Source: Candidatus Doudnabacteria bacterium (GTDB lineage Bacteria > Patescibacteriota > JAQUNI01). From it: a DNA stretch of 64,000 nucleotides. The position numbers were made by a program, and so were the translations under genes. This document shows, in pieces, positions 1 to 12,289 of this stretch. The notes beneath the pieces are model-generated. The model worked only from the letters and a program-made list of their open reading frames with translations. It did not search any database and was not told the DNA's origin. The stretch is taken from the NCBI GenBank assembly GCA_041644975.1, contig JBAZQX010000006.1, forward strand, positions 9,761 to 73,760, read 5' to 3'. Numbering within the stretch: position 1 is the first letter of the stretch; every line of letters starts with the position of its first letter.

Positions 1-207
1 GATCAATGTCATTCGTGAATTAATTTTCAATTTCCAATTCTCAATTTTTTCACCCTCGCGGGTGACCACGGGAAGAGGCGTGGTAATCAATTTCTGATGT
101 CTAAATTTCTAAACTGTTGCCCCCGTTTAGAAATTTCTCATTTCTAACGGGGTTTAAAAATTAAGTCACTAAAAATTTAATAAAAATTCAAAATTAGAAA
201 TTAAAAA

Positions 208-2160
208 TTACTCTTCTTTTATCCTTGTAAACTTGTACTCCCTCTTGAGCGGCTTAAACATCCTCCCTCCGCCTTCCATAAACTTCGGAAAAAATTCTAC
301 GAATTGCAGGCGCGCGGAATGAATAAAGCCGCCTAAAATATTAATCCCCATATTAAAAAGATGCCCGCCGATCAAAATCGGAATCATCACCAGTACGCCT
401 ACATAAGGAACCATATCCTTGAAAAGCAAAGCGATCACATTAATCACCAACCCGATAATACTGGTGGTCAAACCCAAGGCCAGAAGCCGTGAATATGACA
501 AGATATCCGAAAGCATCCCTACGACTTTATAAAGCGACAAAAGACCGCTAGTAAACTTCAAAAAGATGTTCTTTTTCTGATACCCTTGGGTCAAAACTAA
601 AATTATAGCAAAACCAATCACGGTATAACCCCCGATTCGAGCTAAAGATGGAAAAAACAATTTCGTGATTCCAAAGAAAATAATCGCCAAGATCGCCCAC
701 ACCCAAATAAAATCCCCTAATAGGGCTTCCTTAATCCTTTTTTTTGATAAAAGATATTTCACATTCACCATCCGCGCAAACCAAGATTGCAACAACCCAA
801 ACAACAAAGAAATAATCATAATTTGCAAAGGACTTTTAATCGGATCAATGACCTGCAGGGAAAGAAGAAAATCGCGCAAGCTTGATGCTGGAAGATCTAT
901 TAAGCTGATGCTGAAATAGGCTCCGTAAAGCACCCCAACGATGATTGTGGTAATACTGCAATAAATCATTAATTTAAAAAGGCGCTTCACCCCCTCTGAC
1001 AACTTCAAATATTTCACCACTGCCACACTGGCAATTAAAAGGACAATGCCATAACCAGCATCGGAAAGACACATACCAAAAAATATCGCAAAAAAGAAGG
1101 ATAAATAAGGGGTGGGGTCTAATTCATTATATTCCGGGAGGCCATAAATTCGGGTTACGGATTCAAAGGGCTCCATAAGGTTTCTATTGGCCACAATCAC
1201 TGGCACCCGTTCACTCTTTTCTTTCTCTGTCTTTTCCAAATAAACACCAGGAAATTTTTGGGGCAAAATTCGCTGCAATCTTTTAAAACCAAGACTAGAA
1301 ATCCAGCCAGAAATAAAACTCATATAGCGCGTATCTTCTATCCAACCTGTTGTGTCTTTTACTTTCTTCTTATTCTGCCAATAATCATAAACCATTTTGA
1401 CCTTCCCTTCCTCGCTGCTTGCTCGCTTGATTTGCTTTAAGACATCTTTTTTCAATTTCTGAATTTCTTCCAGCCTTTCCTCTATTTTTTGAATCTCCGA
1501 GGCGGGCGTATTCTCGCAAGGCAAAACAACAATGCTAAAACCCGTGCTTTGTAAATCGCGCAAAAAAATCTCTTCATTCTTCTTGAGGTATGTAATCACC
1601 AAATAATAATCCTTGACCTCCTCTTTAACTTTGCGAATATTCACTTCGCCATTCACCACCTTTTTTAAATTGGACAAAGCTTGCCCCGGAAGAATACCCA
1701 AGACTGATTTGGTTTTTCCAGTTTCCAAATCCGCCCGCGTCAAACCTAAAGTCTGCCACGGCCTTAAGATCTCCATTTTTTCTATCCGTTCTTTTCCCTC
1801 TATTTCCAACCTGACCAAATCATTATCCCATTTTTTAAGATCATTCACTAACTTTGAATAATCAAAACTTCGGCAAATTTTTTCAAAATCCTGGTGGGAA
1901 AATTCTGGGGGACCAGCCAAAAATTTTTTGACTCCCGCCAGCGCCCCTTCTTTCTCTTTTGCCACGCGTTCCTTAAAAAGATCCAAGACAAAATCCAGTT
2001 CCGCAAGCAATAAATCAATTTCGTGCTCGCTGGATGGTTCTTCTTTTTTTGTCCGCACATCCACAACTTCAACATCTCCCCTTTCCTGCAAATAAGAAAG
2101 GAGCGCGCTCTTCTTGTGTTTGTCAACCACAATATTAAATTTTTGCATCGGAATAATCAT
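208..2160 (-). CDS. V/A-type ATP synthase subunit I
   Basis: 650 aa; coiled-coil N-terminal half, ELDPT, FFGMCLSDAGYG, SDILSYSRLLALGL and HSARLQFVEFF motifs. Confidence 0.95.
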   Translation of the reverse strand: MIIPMQKFNIVVDKHKKSALLSYLQERGDVEVVDVRTKKEEPSSEHEIDLLLAELDFVLDLFKERVAKEKEGALAGVKKFLAGPPEFSHQDFEKICRSFDYSKLVNDLKKWDNDLVRLEIEGKERIEKMEILRPWQTLGLTRADLETGKTKSVLGILPGQALSNLKKVVNGEVNIRKVKEEVKDYYLVITYLKKNEEIFLRDLQSTGFSIVVLPCENTPASEIQKIEERLEEIQKLKKDVLKQIKRASSEEGKVKMVYDYWQNKKKVKDTTGWIEDTRYMSFISGWISSLGFKRLQRILPQKFPGVYLEKTEKEKSERVPVIVANRNLMEPFESVTRIYGLPEYNELDPTPYLSFFFAIFFGMCLSDAGYGIVLLIASVAVVKYLKLSEGVKRLFKLMIYCSITTIIVGVLYGAYFSISLIDLPASSLRDFLLSLQVIDPIKSPLQIMIISLLFGLLQSWFARMVNVKYLLSKKRIKEALLGDFIWVWAILAIIFFGITKLFFPSLARIGGYTVIGFAIILVLTQGYQKKNIFLKFTSGLLSLYKVVGMLSDILSYSRLLALGLTTSIIGLVINVIALLFKDMVPYVGVLVMIPILIGGHLFNMGINILGGFIHSARLQFVEFFPKFMEGGGRMFKPLKREYKFTRIKEE

Positions 2161-2213
2161 AAAATCTGATTAATTTAGACCACGAAGTCAGTTAAGTAAG
2201 AGTGAAAAATTCG

Positions 2214-2534
2214 TTAAATCTCGTTTAAAATTCTCCCCACTACAAAATCCGCCGCTGTTTCAATTTTACCTTGCGCCTTCGCGGCGATACTTGCGACTTC
2301 CTTCTCGCTATCTTCTAAAATTTCTTTTTCTATCTTCTTTGCTTCTTCAGCCGCGGTTTTTAAAAACCGCTCTTTTTGTTTTAAAAAGCTTTCTTCTTCT
2401 CTCTTTATTTCTACTTCTGACTCTAAGCGCCCCCTCTCCAAAATCTTTTCTTTTTCTTCGCGCGCCATTTCAATAATCCTCTGCGCCTCGGCTTCTACTT
2501 TTTTAATTTCTTTCAAGGTTTGTATTGACGACAT
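2214..2534 (-). CDS. V/A-type ATP synthase subunit H/G-like peripheral stalk protein
   Basis: 106 aa charged helix (LKEIKKVEAEAQRIIEMA) directly upstream of subunit I. Confidence 0.75.
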   Translation of the reverse strand: MSSIQTLKEIKKVEAEAQRIIEMAREEKEKILERGRLESEVEIKREEESFLKQKERFLKTAAEEAKKIEKEILEDSEKEVASIAAKAQGKIETAADFVVGRILNEI

Positions 2535-2674
2535 TGGTTTTAAAAATTAGCCAAAATAAAAAAAATTTCCAGAAAAATATATTCAATGTCTAGTCTACTC
2601 CAAATTACAAAAAAAGCAAGAGATAAATTGTGGATAATCTAAATAAAAAAACCGCCTTCTTATAAAAGGCGGGG

Positions 2675-3142
2675 TTAATCCCTATATCGTGCCCGCTCTG
2701 GGACCAATTGAACTAGGCATCCTGGAATCTCCCAAAAATTCCTTTTGCTAGCATATCCCGCGTCAAAAGCATCAATCAAGATATGGAAGCAATAAGCAAT
2801 GATTGGTAAAAAGCTATGGGTCAAGAACCATGCGCCCAGTATGATAAGCGCGGCCATTGGCCAAGTATGGAAGAGGTTCGCCTTTTTATCGTCAAGCACT
2901 TCAAAGCTCCGAACCCAAGCTTTGCCGAAAGGAATTTTATCTTGCTTGCGAATCTGTAATGCTATTTTCACTCGTTTCCAGTGGAAAAAATGGTCCACGT
3001 CCACCAGAATACCTGACCAACAAGTGATTATTACAACCCATGCGTAATGCCAACCAAAGCTCAAAGTCGTTGCCAAATTGTTGAACCAATGAGCCAAGAT
3101 AACGAAAGCAGTGCCTACCAAATGTGTCTTTGTATCAGCCAT
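2675..3142 (-). CDS. membrane-bound metal-dependent hydrolase-like protein
   Basis: TM segments with H, DVDH, FHT and HILID motifs. Confidence 0.6.
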   Translation of the reverse strand: MADTKTHLVGTAFVILAHWFNNLATTLSFGWHYAWVVIITCWSGILVDVDHFFHWKRVKIALQIRKQDKIPFGKAWVRSFEVLDDKKANLFHTWPMAALIILGAWFLTHSFLPIIAYCFHILIDAFDAGYASKRNFWEIPGCLVQLVPERARYRD

Positions 3143-3377
3143 TCCAAACCTCCTTCACTATTCTGAACAACAAGAAAAACTAAAAACGCGCCATACCATA
3201 ATTAAAGTATTATTATCTAAAGAGCAATGTTTCATTGAACCATAAAATCAAAAATAAATCAAGAGTTTGCAACTAATAATTTACTTGCTATCCTAAACAT
3301 TACACTCTAATATAAAATTGGAGGGAAATGATCTTTTTAAAATCACACTACCCCTTACAAGGGATGGGAGGAAATCT

Positions 3378-4613
3378 ATGTCAGACCAGTATAAAACAGA
3401 AATTATTGATCCGGGCGACCAAGCTTCACATCTTGCCCACGAAGTCTGCGTCCAAAGCTACTCTAACTGCAAAGCGGTAATTATTGTTCCACACCAACCG
3501 GGGAATTTTCGCGGATCAGTCGGTTTTCTTTGGAAGCCGCACATCCTGGAAGCAATGGCGAGAAACAGGGTTGATCCCGAAAGTGAAGTATTAACCCATT
3601 GGGAAATGCTCCAAGAAGTGGAAAATGACGGCGCTGGCGGCAAACCCCAATTTTTTACCCTGTTGGGAATACTTGAATTCTTTCAACGTCTGGGCTTCGA
3701 GATTATCACAATGACTGCCGATGATTTCGCCCGCTCTGGAAGATTTCCCGCAGTGATGGTGAACGAGATAAACACGAAAAGGATCACCGAGGAAAATTTT
3801 CCTCTCTTCCAAGCCGCAATGGAAGGATACGGCAAGGCGCTGGAAGAAGCTGGACTTGTAAACATCACCGGCGAAATTGCCATAATGAAGCACAGTATCA
3901 CTGCTTTCTGCGACACAGGATCTTTAGCAGAATTTATTCTCACTTGGGGAGGCACTTGTATCGGCTTAGCCCACCGCGATCTCTTGATTGATGGGTCGGA
4001 AATCAAGCCCGGAATGCCGATTGTCGGATTCTGGGAGCCGGGCTACCGTTGCAACGGCGGCACGTTCTTCACTAACTTAATCCTGCAAAAATTCGGACCG
4101 GAGATACAAAGAATCAAAGATAATCCTCGAGCTCTGGACTTTATCGCCAATTTAACCATACCTTCTAGAAGTTATGCCCGCACTATTACACGTATCGCGG
4201 GCTGGTATCCGGACGGAGGCATCGGCAAGCCGCTAGCTAAGATTTACGGCATTGCCCATATCACCGGCGGCGGGGTCTGGAAAAAATTTGGCGAGTTGTT
4301 GCCCGAGGGCGTTGGAGCGAATCTTGACTCTATGCCCGAACCCACCGAAGTTCTGAAACAAGGTCAGGAACTTTCTTGGGATCTCCCGGATTTAAGACTC
4401 ACGGACAGACAAGCCTATGGCACGCTCCACGGCGGCTGCGGCATGCTCCTTGTATGCGCGAAAAATGACGCGGAAAAGATTATCGCGGAGGCAGAAAAAG
4501 ATAGAATCAGCGCAGAAGTGGTTGGTGAAACAACAGCATCGCCGGACAGAGAGGTAGTTATTCATTCACGCTTTAAGGAAGGCAGAATCCTTTCTTCAAA
4601 AAACCCTGAATAA
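3378..4613 (+). CDS. AIR synthase (PurM)-like protein
   Basis: DGAGGK, GEIA, RCNG, AHITGGG and GCGM motifs; ATG 3378 follows GGAGG. Confidence 0.75.
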   Translation: MSDQYKTEIIDPGDQASHLAHEVCVQSYSNCKAVIIVPHQPGNFRGSVGFLWKPHILEAMARNRVDPESEVLTHWEMLQEVENDGAGGKPQFFTLLGILEFFQRLGFEIITMTADDFARSGRFPAVMVNEINTKRITEENFPLFQAAMEGYGKALEEAGLVNITGEIAIMKHSITAFCDTGSLAEFILTWGGTCIGLAHRDLLIDGSEIKPGMPIVGFWEPGYRCNGGTFFTNLILQKFGPEIQRIKDNPRALDFIANLTIPSRSYARTITRIAGWYPDGGIGKPLAKIYGIAHITGGGVWKKFGELLPEGVGANLDSMPEPTEVLKQGQELSWDLPDLRLTDRQAYGTLHGGCGMLLVCAKNDAEKIIAEAEKDRISAEVVGETTASPDREVVIHSRFKEGRILSSKNPE

Positions 4614-4627
4614 AAATCAGGGACAAC

Positions 4628-4655
4628 AGAAGAGTTATATTACTCTTCTTTTTTT
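4628..4655 (+). terminator. intrinsic terminator
   Basis: AGAAGAG...CTCTTCT stem followed by a T tract. Confidence 0.65.
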
Positions 4656-4745
4656 ATAAACGATTTTTTGGATTTTCAAAGGAATAATAAAAGGCTTGCA
4701 AAATAGCAAGCCGTGTTGAAAAAGATACTGCATTCCCTCTTTATT

Positions 4746-5159
4746 TTACGCCGGTGTCAGTGGTTCCCTTTTAAGCTTTGAGCAGGGTCGCTCATTACAC
4801 TCGCCGCAATGCTTTATATTACGCTTCTTTGCACATTTAACCAACTCTTTTACTCTTTTCACTTCCTCTCCTAAAACTTTTTCAAGACCAATTCTCTTTA
4901 CTTGCTCGAGATTGCCAACAACATCATTATACCAAGCCGGCGTATCAAAAAAGGCTTTTAATTTTTCGCAAGGAAATTCCTTGCACTCGCAACACACTCT
5001 CAAACCTTTTACCTTTATACAACAATCATAAATCTTGCAGATTTTAGTGTATTTTAAACAAAGCCCTTTCCGAGAAATGCATCCCCCGCAGCTTCCATCC
5101 TGCAAAGCGCTGCACTCTCCGCAATACAAACCACAAGGAGCAATTAAATCTTGATCCAT
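4746..5159 (-). CDS. Cys-rich DUF3795-like metal-binding protein
   Basis: IAPCGLYCGEC, CGGC, CECKEFPC motifs. Confidence 0.75.
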   Translation of the reverse strand: MDQDLIAPCGLYCGECSALQDGSCGGCISRKGLCLKYTKICKIYDCCIKVKGLRVCCECKEFPCEKLKAFFDTPAWYNDVVGNLEQVKRIGLEKVLGEEVKRVKELVKCAKKRNIKHCGECNERPCSKLKREPLTPA

Positions 5160-5249
5160 AAGTATGAATAAAAGCCAAAACTATGATTTAAAAATTTTTC
5201 ATTTTAAATCATAATTTTGAATTTTGCGATTTGAGTTTTGAATTTTCAA

Positions 5250-5326
5250 TGGTGCGCGCGGAGGGAATCGAACCCCCGACCGTCTCCTTAAAAGGGAGCT
5301 GCTCTACCTAACTGAGCTACGCGCGC
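5250..5326 (-). tRNA. tRNA-Lys(UUU)
   Basis: Cloverleaf, anticodon loop CTTTTAA, GGTTCGATTCC, encoded CCA. Confidence 0.95.
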
Positions 5327-5446
5327 TCGCAAGTCGTTCAGACCCCAAAGGTAAAAAACAAATATATAAAATAATTTTGACTTCCCGATTATATACAAAA
5401 AATCCCCCCTTGTCAAAACTTTTGTCTGGAAGAAAGCAAGGAGGAC

Positions 5447-5956
5447 TTAGTCTTTTTCTTTGCGCCAAAGGATTAAGCCCGAAACCAACATCAAGACTGC
5501 TGGCGCTAAAAACCACCACATCCGATAGTCAATAATATAGGACGAGAGGCGGGAGAAAGTTAAAATTTGAATCTCCAATTCTGAATTCAAGAATAAACTT
5601 AAAATAGACAAAAGCATCGCGGCAAGCAAAAAACCGTAAACGCCAGACATCACTAAATTGACCATTCCCTTTTTGCCGGAACTTGCGGCTAAATATTCCG
5701 CCCAAATTGCCAACAGAACCATAACCACTAAAAACAAACCTATTTTAAGCGCGGGAGACGCCCAAATCCCGTAACTTTCAATATTTAAAGCATTATTCAA
5801 ACAGCTGACAACTTTATTCCCGACCTCATTCACTACCACGAAACTAATGTAACTGGAAACAAAAAGCACCACGATTTGCCCTTTCCGGAAAATAAAACCA
5901 TAACCAGCGCCGATCGCTAAAAATAAAATGAGTCCAAAATCCCAAGTAGAGAACAT
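5447..5956 (-). CDS. CvpA-like multi-pass membrane protein
   Basis: Five hydrophobic segments; N-terminal D...GY..G pattern. Confidence 0.5.
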   Translation of the reverse strand: MFSTWDFGLILFLAIGAGYGFIFRKGQIVVLFVSSYISFVVVNEVGNKVVSCLNNALNIESYGIWASPALKIGLFLVVMVLLAIWAEYLAASSGKKGMVNLVMSGVYGFLLAAMLLSILSLFLNSELEIQILTFSRLSSYIIDYRMWWFLAPAVLMLVSGLILWRKEKD

Positions 5957-6075
5957 AAGTTTTTTTGCCCGCAGAATAATAGAAGGCGGACCTGCCCACC
6001 GAAGCTAAATAGTAGCACCGGTGGGTTTTTGTTTTTATTTGAATTTAATCAACCTTTTAGTATTATACCACTTTT

Positions 6076-7224
6076 TTAGAAAAAATTCCAAAACCCCTTA
6101 TCTTTATCCACATTCGCCGTTTCGCCTCCCTCGTTCTCCAGTTCTTTAAGGAGCGCTCTTTCCCGCCGTGAAAGATGCCTCGGCACAATTACGTTAACCT
6201 TGACCAATTGATCGCCGCGGCCGCGGCCACCAAGATGAGGAATACCCTTCTCGGAAAGCTTAAAGATCTTGCCCGATTGGGTTCCCGCTGGAATTTTTAA
6301 TTTCACCGCGCCGTCATAGGTCTTGACCCTCACTTCCCCGCCTAAAGCCGCTCGAGTAAAAGAAATATTTACGGCGGTTAAAACATCGTCTCTTTGACGC
6401 TCAAAATAACTAGAAGGTTTAATATGAATATTCAAATAAAGATCGCCGGAAGCCGCGCCGCGCACTCCCGCCTCGCCCTTGCCTTCCACCTTAATTGTTT
6501 CACCGTCGCGCACTCCCGCTGGTATCTCCACAACAATCCTCTCCTCATCCACCACCCGACCCGTGCCCGAGCAACGGGTGCAGGGACGGCTAATCTTTTT
6601 ACCCTCCCCTCCGCATTCAGGGCAGGGAGACACTTGAGAAAAATTCCCCAAGAAAGTCTGCCGCGTAATCCTCACCTGCCCCGTTCCTTTGCAACGGGGA
6701 CATTCTGTAACTCTGCTCCCCGGCTCCGCGCCGCGACCGTGGCAATGGCTGCATACCACCTCTTTGCGCAAGCGCATTGTCTCTCGCGAGCCTGTGAAAA
6801 CTTTCCCAAAATCTAATTCCAAATCCGCTTGAATGTCCGCGCCGCGCACTCCCTGCCTCTTGCGCCGGCGGCTCCCGCCAAAACCGAACATATCCGAAAA
6901 GATATCGCCTAAATCAAAATCCGCAAAATTCGCGTTAGAACCTTGGGTGCGAAAATTATTAAAATCAAAGCCTGAAAAACCAGAAAAACCAGCGCCTCCG
7001 CCCGAGGCTCCGGCTTCACCAAAAGTAGTGCCGAATTGGTCATACTGGGCGCGCTTCTTCGGATTTCCCAAAACCTGATAGGCTTCATTTAGTTCCTTAA
7101 ACTTAGCCTCGTTGCCTCCATCTTTATCCGGATGATGCTGGTGCGCCAATTTTCGAAAGGCTTTTTTAATTTCTTCTTGGGTGGCATTTTTAGAAACGCA
7201 AAGGATTTGATAGTAGTCTTTCAT
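6076..7224 (-). CDS. dnaJ: chaperone DnaJ
   Basis: HPD J-domain, G/F region, four CxxCxGxG repeats. Confidence 0.98.
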   Translation of the reverse strand: MKDYYQILCVSKNATQEEIKKAFRKLAHQHHPDKDGGNEAKFKELNEAYQVLGNPKKRAQYDQFGTTFGEAGASGGGAGFSGFSGFDFNNFRTQGSNANFADFDLGDIFSDMFGFGGSRRRKRQGVRGADIQADLELDFGKVFTGSRETMRLRKEVVCSHCHGRGAEPGSRVTECPRCKGTGQVRITRQTFLGNFSQVSPCPECGGEGKKISRPCTRCSGTGRVVDEERIVVEIPAGVRDGETIKVEGKGEAGVRGAASGDLYLNIHIKPSSYFERQRDDVLTAVNISFTRAALGGEVRVKTYDGAVKLKIPAGTQSGKIFKLSEKGIPHLGGRGRGDQLVKVNVIVPRHLSRRERALLKELENEGGETANVDKDKGFWNFF

Positions 7225-7326
7225 TATAATAAAGAATCAAGAAGTAAGAATTATGAATCAAGAATAATAAAAATTGCTTAGGCATTCTGTTGGTTCAAAT
7301 CTCCTGACTTAAACCAACGAAGGGAC

Positions 7327-7482
7327 GTCATTGCGAGGAGTCCCGAGCTTGTCGAGGGACGACGAAGCAATCTCATCGAGCGTAATATCTAGTTTTATGA
7401 GATTGCCTGCCCGCCATCGCTTCGCTTCAGGCGAGGCGGGCGGGCTTCGTCGTCGGGCTTCTGCCCTCCTCCTCGCAATGAC
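7327..7482. repeat. GTCATTGCGAG...CTCGCAATGAC long palindromic element (other copies 39197-39306, 58864-59048; halves 22701-22757, 51862-51917)
   Basis: Shared inverted arms GTCATTGCGAG/CTCGCAATGAC and GAAGCAATCTC/GAGATTGCTTC. Confidence 0.85.
7406..7444 (+). mobile_element. 39-bp GC-rich palindromic insert CCTGCCCGCC...GGCGGGCGGG (others 23005-23048, 32914-32991, 38288-38366, 38936-38974, 51869-51906, 58902-58940)
   Basis: Removing it restores GAGATTG|CTTCGTC as seen uninterrupted near 39265. Confidence 0.8.
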
Positions 7483-7490
7483 GAATTAGT

Positions 7491-7901
7491 TTAAATTTTT
7501 AGTAATTTCAACCCAATCTCCTCTGAATATTTTCTTGAAATTTCAGCGTCCCATTTACGCACGACGATTTCGCAAGTCGCGGCGACGCGAGCTTCCTTTA
7601 GATGTCCGCCGAAAACTTGCGTCGCGGCGTTCCCTAAAACAATATGGGCGTGTAAACCATCACGCGTGATAGTCGCTAACAAATTAACAATCTCCAATGG
7701 TTCATTAAATTCTTTTTCGCTGTATTCTTTTTTATCCACGCGGTAATGGGCGAGCTTCGCATAGTCCACCGCCCCTAAGCCCCAAAGAATGCCGCTTGCT
7801 ATTTTTTCTCTTTTTAAAAAATCTTCTACGGTCTTCACAATTTCTTCTCCCCGCTCTAATCTCAAAAGATATTCATTTTTAAAAACCTTTTTAACCCTCA
7901 T
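7491..7901 (-). CDS. PPC/DUF296 domain protein
   Basis: LRLERGEEI, GLGAV, HAHIVL, FGGHL motifs. Confidence 0.85.
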   Translation of the reverse strand: MRVKKVFKNEYLLRLERGEEIVKTVEDFLKREKIASGILWGLGAVDYAKLAHYRVDKKEYSEKEFNEPLEIVNLLATITRDGLHAHIVLGNAATQVFGGHLKEARVAATCEIVVRKWDAEISRKYSEEIGLKLLKI

Positions 7902-7950
7902 AAATATATATAAATGCAGAAACAGTTAAAATAAGAGGTGAAGCCCAAGT

Positions 7951-8235
7951 TCACCTCTCCTCTTCCTTCTTTTGGACCTCAAAAGAGCGCAAAATACCTA
8001 CAGGGACCGAACCAGAGATTGCACCATTGACCTTTAGTTTGCCGTCTATTTCAGTCATTTCAAAACTAAATTCCTGGCCATTCTCTAAAGCTTTGAGGTC
8101 AAATTTGAGCTTCAAGTCCCTGGGATCAACGATTTCCATAGTTCCGGTCAACCTTTGATTATCACGATCAATAGTGACCTCAAAAACCGTTCCTGCCTTT
8201 TCTTTCCTCACATTGATCTTTTCTCCACCAAACAT
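7951..8235 (-). CDS. hypothetical protein
   Basis: 94 aa ORF with GAGGTGA RBS. Confidence 0.6.
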   Translation of the reverse strand: MFGGEKINVRKEKAGTVFEVTIDRDNQRLTGTMEIVDPRDLKLKFDLKALENGQEFSFEMTEIDGKLKVNGAISGSVPVGILRSFEVQKKEEER

Positions 8236-8517
8236 TTAAATCACCTCTATTTTCTTTAATAGCCAGATTTTAGGATAAATGATTCTAAAATTAAAAATAA
8301 CCAATACCTCTTCATAACCAAAACCGCCCCACTAATCCCATAACTTAATGGTTTTGGTTTTGGCAAGTACACCCCGCAAGATATTTTGTCCGCGAGGGCG
8401 AGGCCCATTTTTAAGAAGATTTTCTCATCTTCTCATTCCTTCTCGCTAATTCTCTAGAGATTAGCGAGAAGGTATACGAAAAGATAATCTTCCACTAACA
8501 GGGTAATAAAGAACAAT

Positions 8518-10434
<1,917 letters not shown>

Positions 10435-10649
10435 TTAATATTCCTTATCTCTTTTAATCAAGATGATTAACAATGGTTTAGAATATTAATGGTTAAATTA
10501 AAATGTTTGGACAATGAAGCAATGAAGCAATGAATTTTAGAACGTGTCCTGAAAAATCCACCTTTTAGAACACCTTTCTTATTGAATTATGAATCAGGAA
10601 GCAGAAATCAGGAATATTGAAAATTATTTTATTCCTGATTCATAATTCC

Positions 10650-11192
10650 CTATTCAACCTTAACCCTTGCTGGCCGAATGACTTTGCCATTCAAGCTATA
10701 CCCTTTTTGTAAAACCTCTGCAATCTGGCATTCCTTATCCCCTTTCTTCTTTACTTCTTTATTAGTTTCTTCCTTTTCCACGGCTTCGCAAGTACAAGGA
10801 TCAAATTTGTCCCCTGCCTGCAGCTCAATTTCCTGTAAACCTTCAGCCGCTAAAATATTTTGGAAATGATTCTTGATATGTTTAATCCCCTCTACCCAGC
10901 TTGTTTTTTCCCAACCCTTGGGCGTATGTTTTAATGCCTCTTCCATGTGATCCAGAATCGGCAGTATCTTTAATAATAATTCTTCATTGGCAAACTTGAT
11001 TAAATCTAAATTCCTTTTTTCCATTCTTTTCCGATAATTCTCAAAATCCGCTCTTTCCCTCTGCCAACCCGCCAGATTTTCCTCTGCCATTTTTCTGTAT
11101 TTCTCCAGCTCTTGGTTTGCCCGTTGCTCCCCTCTTTTCTTAATAATCTTTTTATTTTTTATCTCTTTCATAAAGTTATTTACAAATTGCAC
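10650..11192 (-). CDS. grpE: nucleotide exchange factor GrpE
   Basis: RADFENYRKR, FDP, QKGY..NGKVIRPARVKV; start may be 11171. Confidence 0.95.
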   Translation of the reverse strand: MQFVNNFMKEIKNKKIIKKRGEQRANQELEKYRKMAEENLAGWQRERADFENYRKRMEKRNLDLIKFANEELLLKILPILDHMEEALKHTPKGWEKTSWVEGIKHIKNHFQNILAAEGLQEIELQAGDKFDPCTCEAVEKEETNKEVKKKGDKECQIAEVLQKGYSLNGKVIRPARVKVE

Positions 11193-11222
11193 ATTATATA
11201 ATAAAAACCTTAATTCTTAATT

Positions 11223-12002
11223 CTAACTAAATAATTCTAAAATTTGATCTCCAAATCCCACCATCAACATTCCGCTTACGGTCGCACCGCCCAAAAATTT
11301 AGTAACATAGTCTAAAATAGACATATTACGTGCGTAATGCATTCTTTTCGGACCGATCAAAGCGATAATCCCTTTTTCACCCGAGGGTAGCTCAAAGTGA
11401 GACACCATTAAAGCGCATTCTTGAGCCTCGCAAAAAGGGTTTTCCCCTCCGATATATACCTCTAAATCTTGATCCTCGGATCTCACTAAAACTTTAATGT
11501 TCTCGTCTAAAAGATCAACCATTTGCGTCATTTCGAAGACTGACTCGGGGCGCGCGAATTCCGGCTCATTTAAAAGGCGTGAGATTCCAGAATCAAAAAC
11601 CAAATCTTCGCCCAGGATGCTCGTTAAGGCAACATTCCCCGTAAGTTTGGCTAAAAGTTTTGTTAAGTGGTGAAACAGTTTTGTGTTTGCCGCCCTGGTC
11701 TTTAATAATTCTAAGGCTAATTTCTTCTGCTCTTTACGGGACAAATTTCTATCCTGCATTAAATAATCAATAAAATAGCGATAACCCTTGTCGGTCGGGA
11801 TACGTCCCGCGGATGTGTGCGGCTGAAGAATCAAGCCCCTTTTTTCCAAAGCAACCATTTCGCTGCGCATTGTCGCGGTTGAAATATTAAAATGAGATTT
11901 CTTGACGATCCTTTCTGAAGAAACAGGCAAAGCCGTTTCCACATATTCGCGAATAATCGCTTTTAAGATTTTATTTTGTCTGTCTGAAATTTTAATCTTC
12001 AT
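11223..12002 (-). CDS. hrcA: heat-inducible repressor HrcA
   Basis: QPHTSAGRIPTDKGYR, IGPKRMHY motifs. Confidence 0.95.
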   Translation of the reverse strand: MKIKISDRQNKILKAIIREYVETALPVSSERIVKKSHFNISTATMRSEMVALEKRGLILQPHTSAGRIPTDKGYRYFIDYLMQDRNLSRKEQKKLALELLKTRAANTKLFHHLTKLLAKLTGNVALTSILGEDLVFDSGISRLLNEPEFARPESVFEMTQMVDLLDENIKVLVRSEDQDLEVYIGGENPFCEAQECALMVSHFELPSGEKGIIALIGPKRMHYARNMSILDYVTKFLGGATVSGMLMVGFGDQILELFS

Positions 12003-12060
12003 AGAATAATATTCTTATTATTGGTTTTCCCTTCCTTTGGCTCAAGACTTATCCACAGGA

Positions 12061-12132
12061 TTAGCACTCTCACTCCCTAACTGCTAATTCCATTATATAC
12101 CCCTATTAGCACTTGTCAAGTAGGAGTGCTAA
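12061..12132 (-). promoter_or_regulatory. two CIRCE operators overlapping the sigma70 promoter of hrcA
   Basis: TTAGCACTC-N9-AACTGCTAA (12061-12087) and TTAGCACTT-N9-GAGTGCTAA (12106-12132); minus-strand TTGACA-16-TATAAT (12119-12092). Confidence 0.9.
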
Positions 12133-12160
12133 CCCCCCACCTTTTAGAAAAAGGTGGGGG
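12133..12160. repeat. CCCCCACCTTT...AAAGGTGGGGG palindrome (also 22715-22742, 53158-53263)
   Basis: Inverted arms seen three times. Confidence 0.75.
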
Positions 12161-12289
12161 TAAAAATTAAAAGTGAAAAGTTAGAAATTGACCTTCCCCC
12201 TGACAAGGGGGAATTGAAGGGGGTTTTAAAAACTTATGACAAAACCGCTACGATATGCTACTCTTAAAGAAAGAAATATGATTTAAAAT

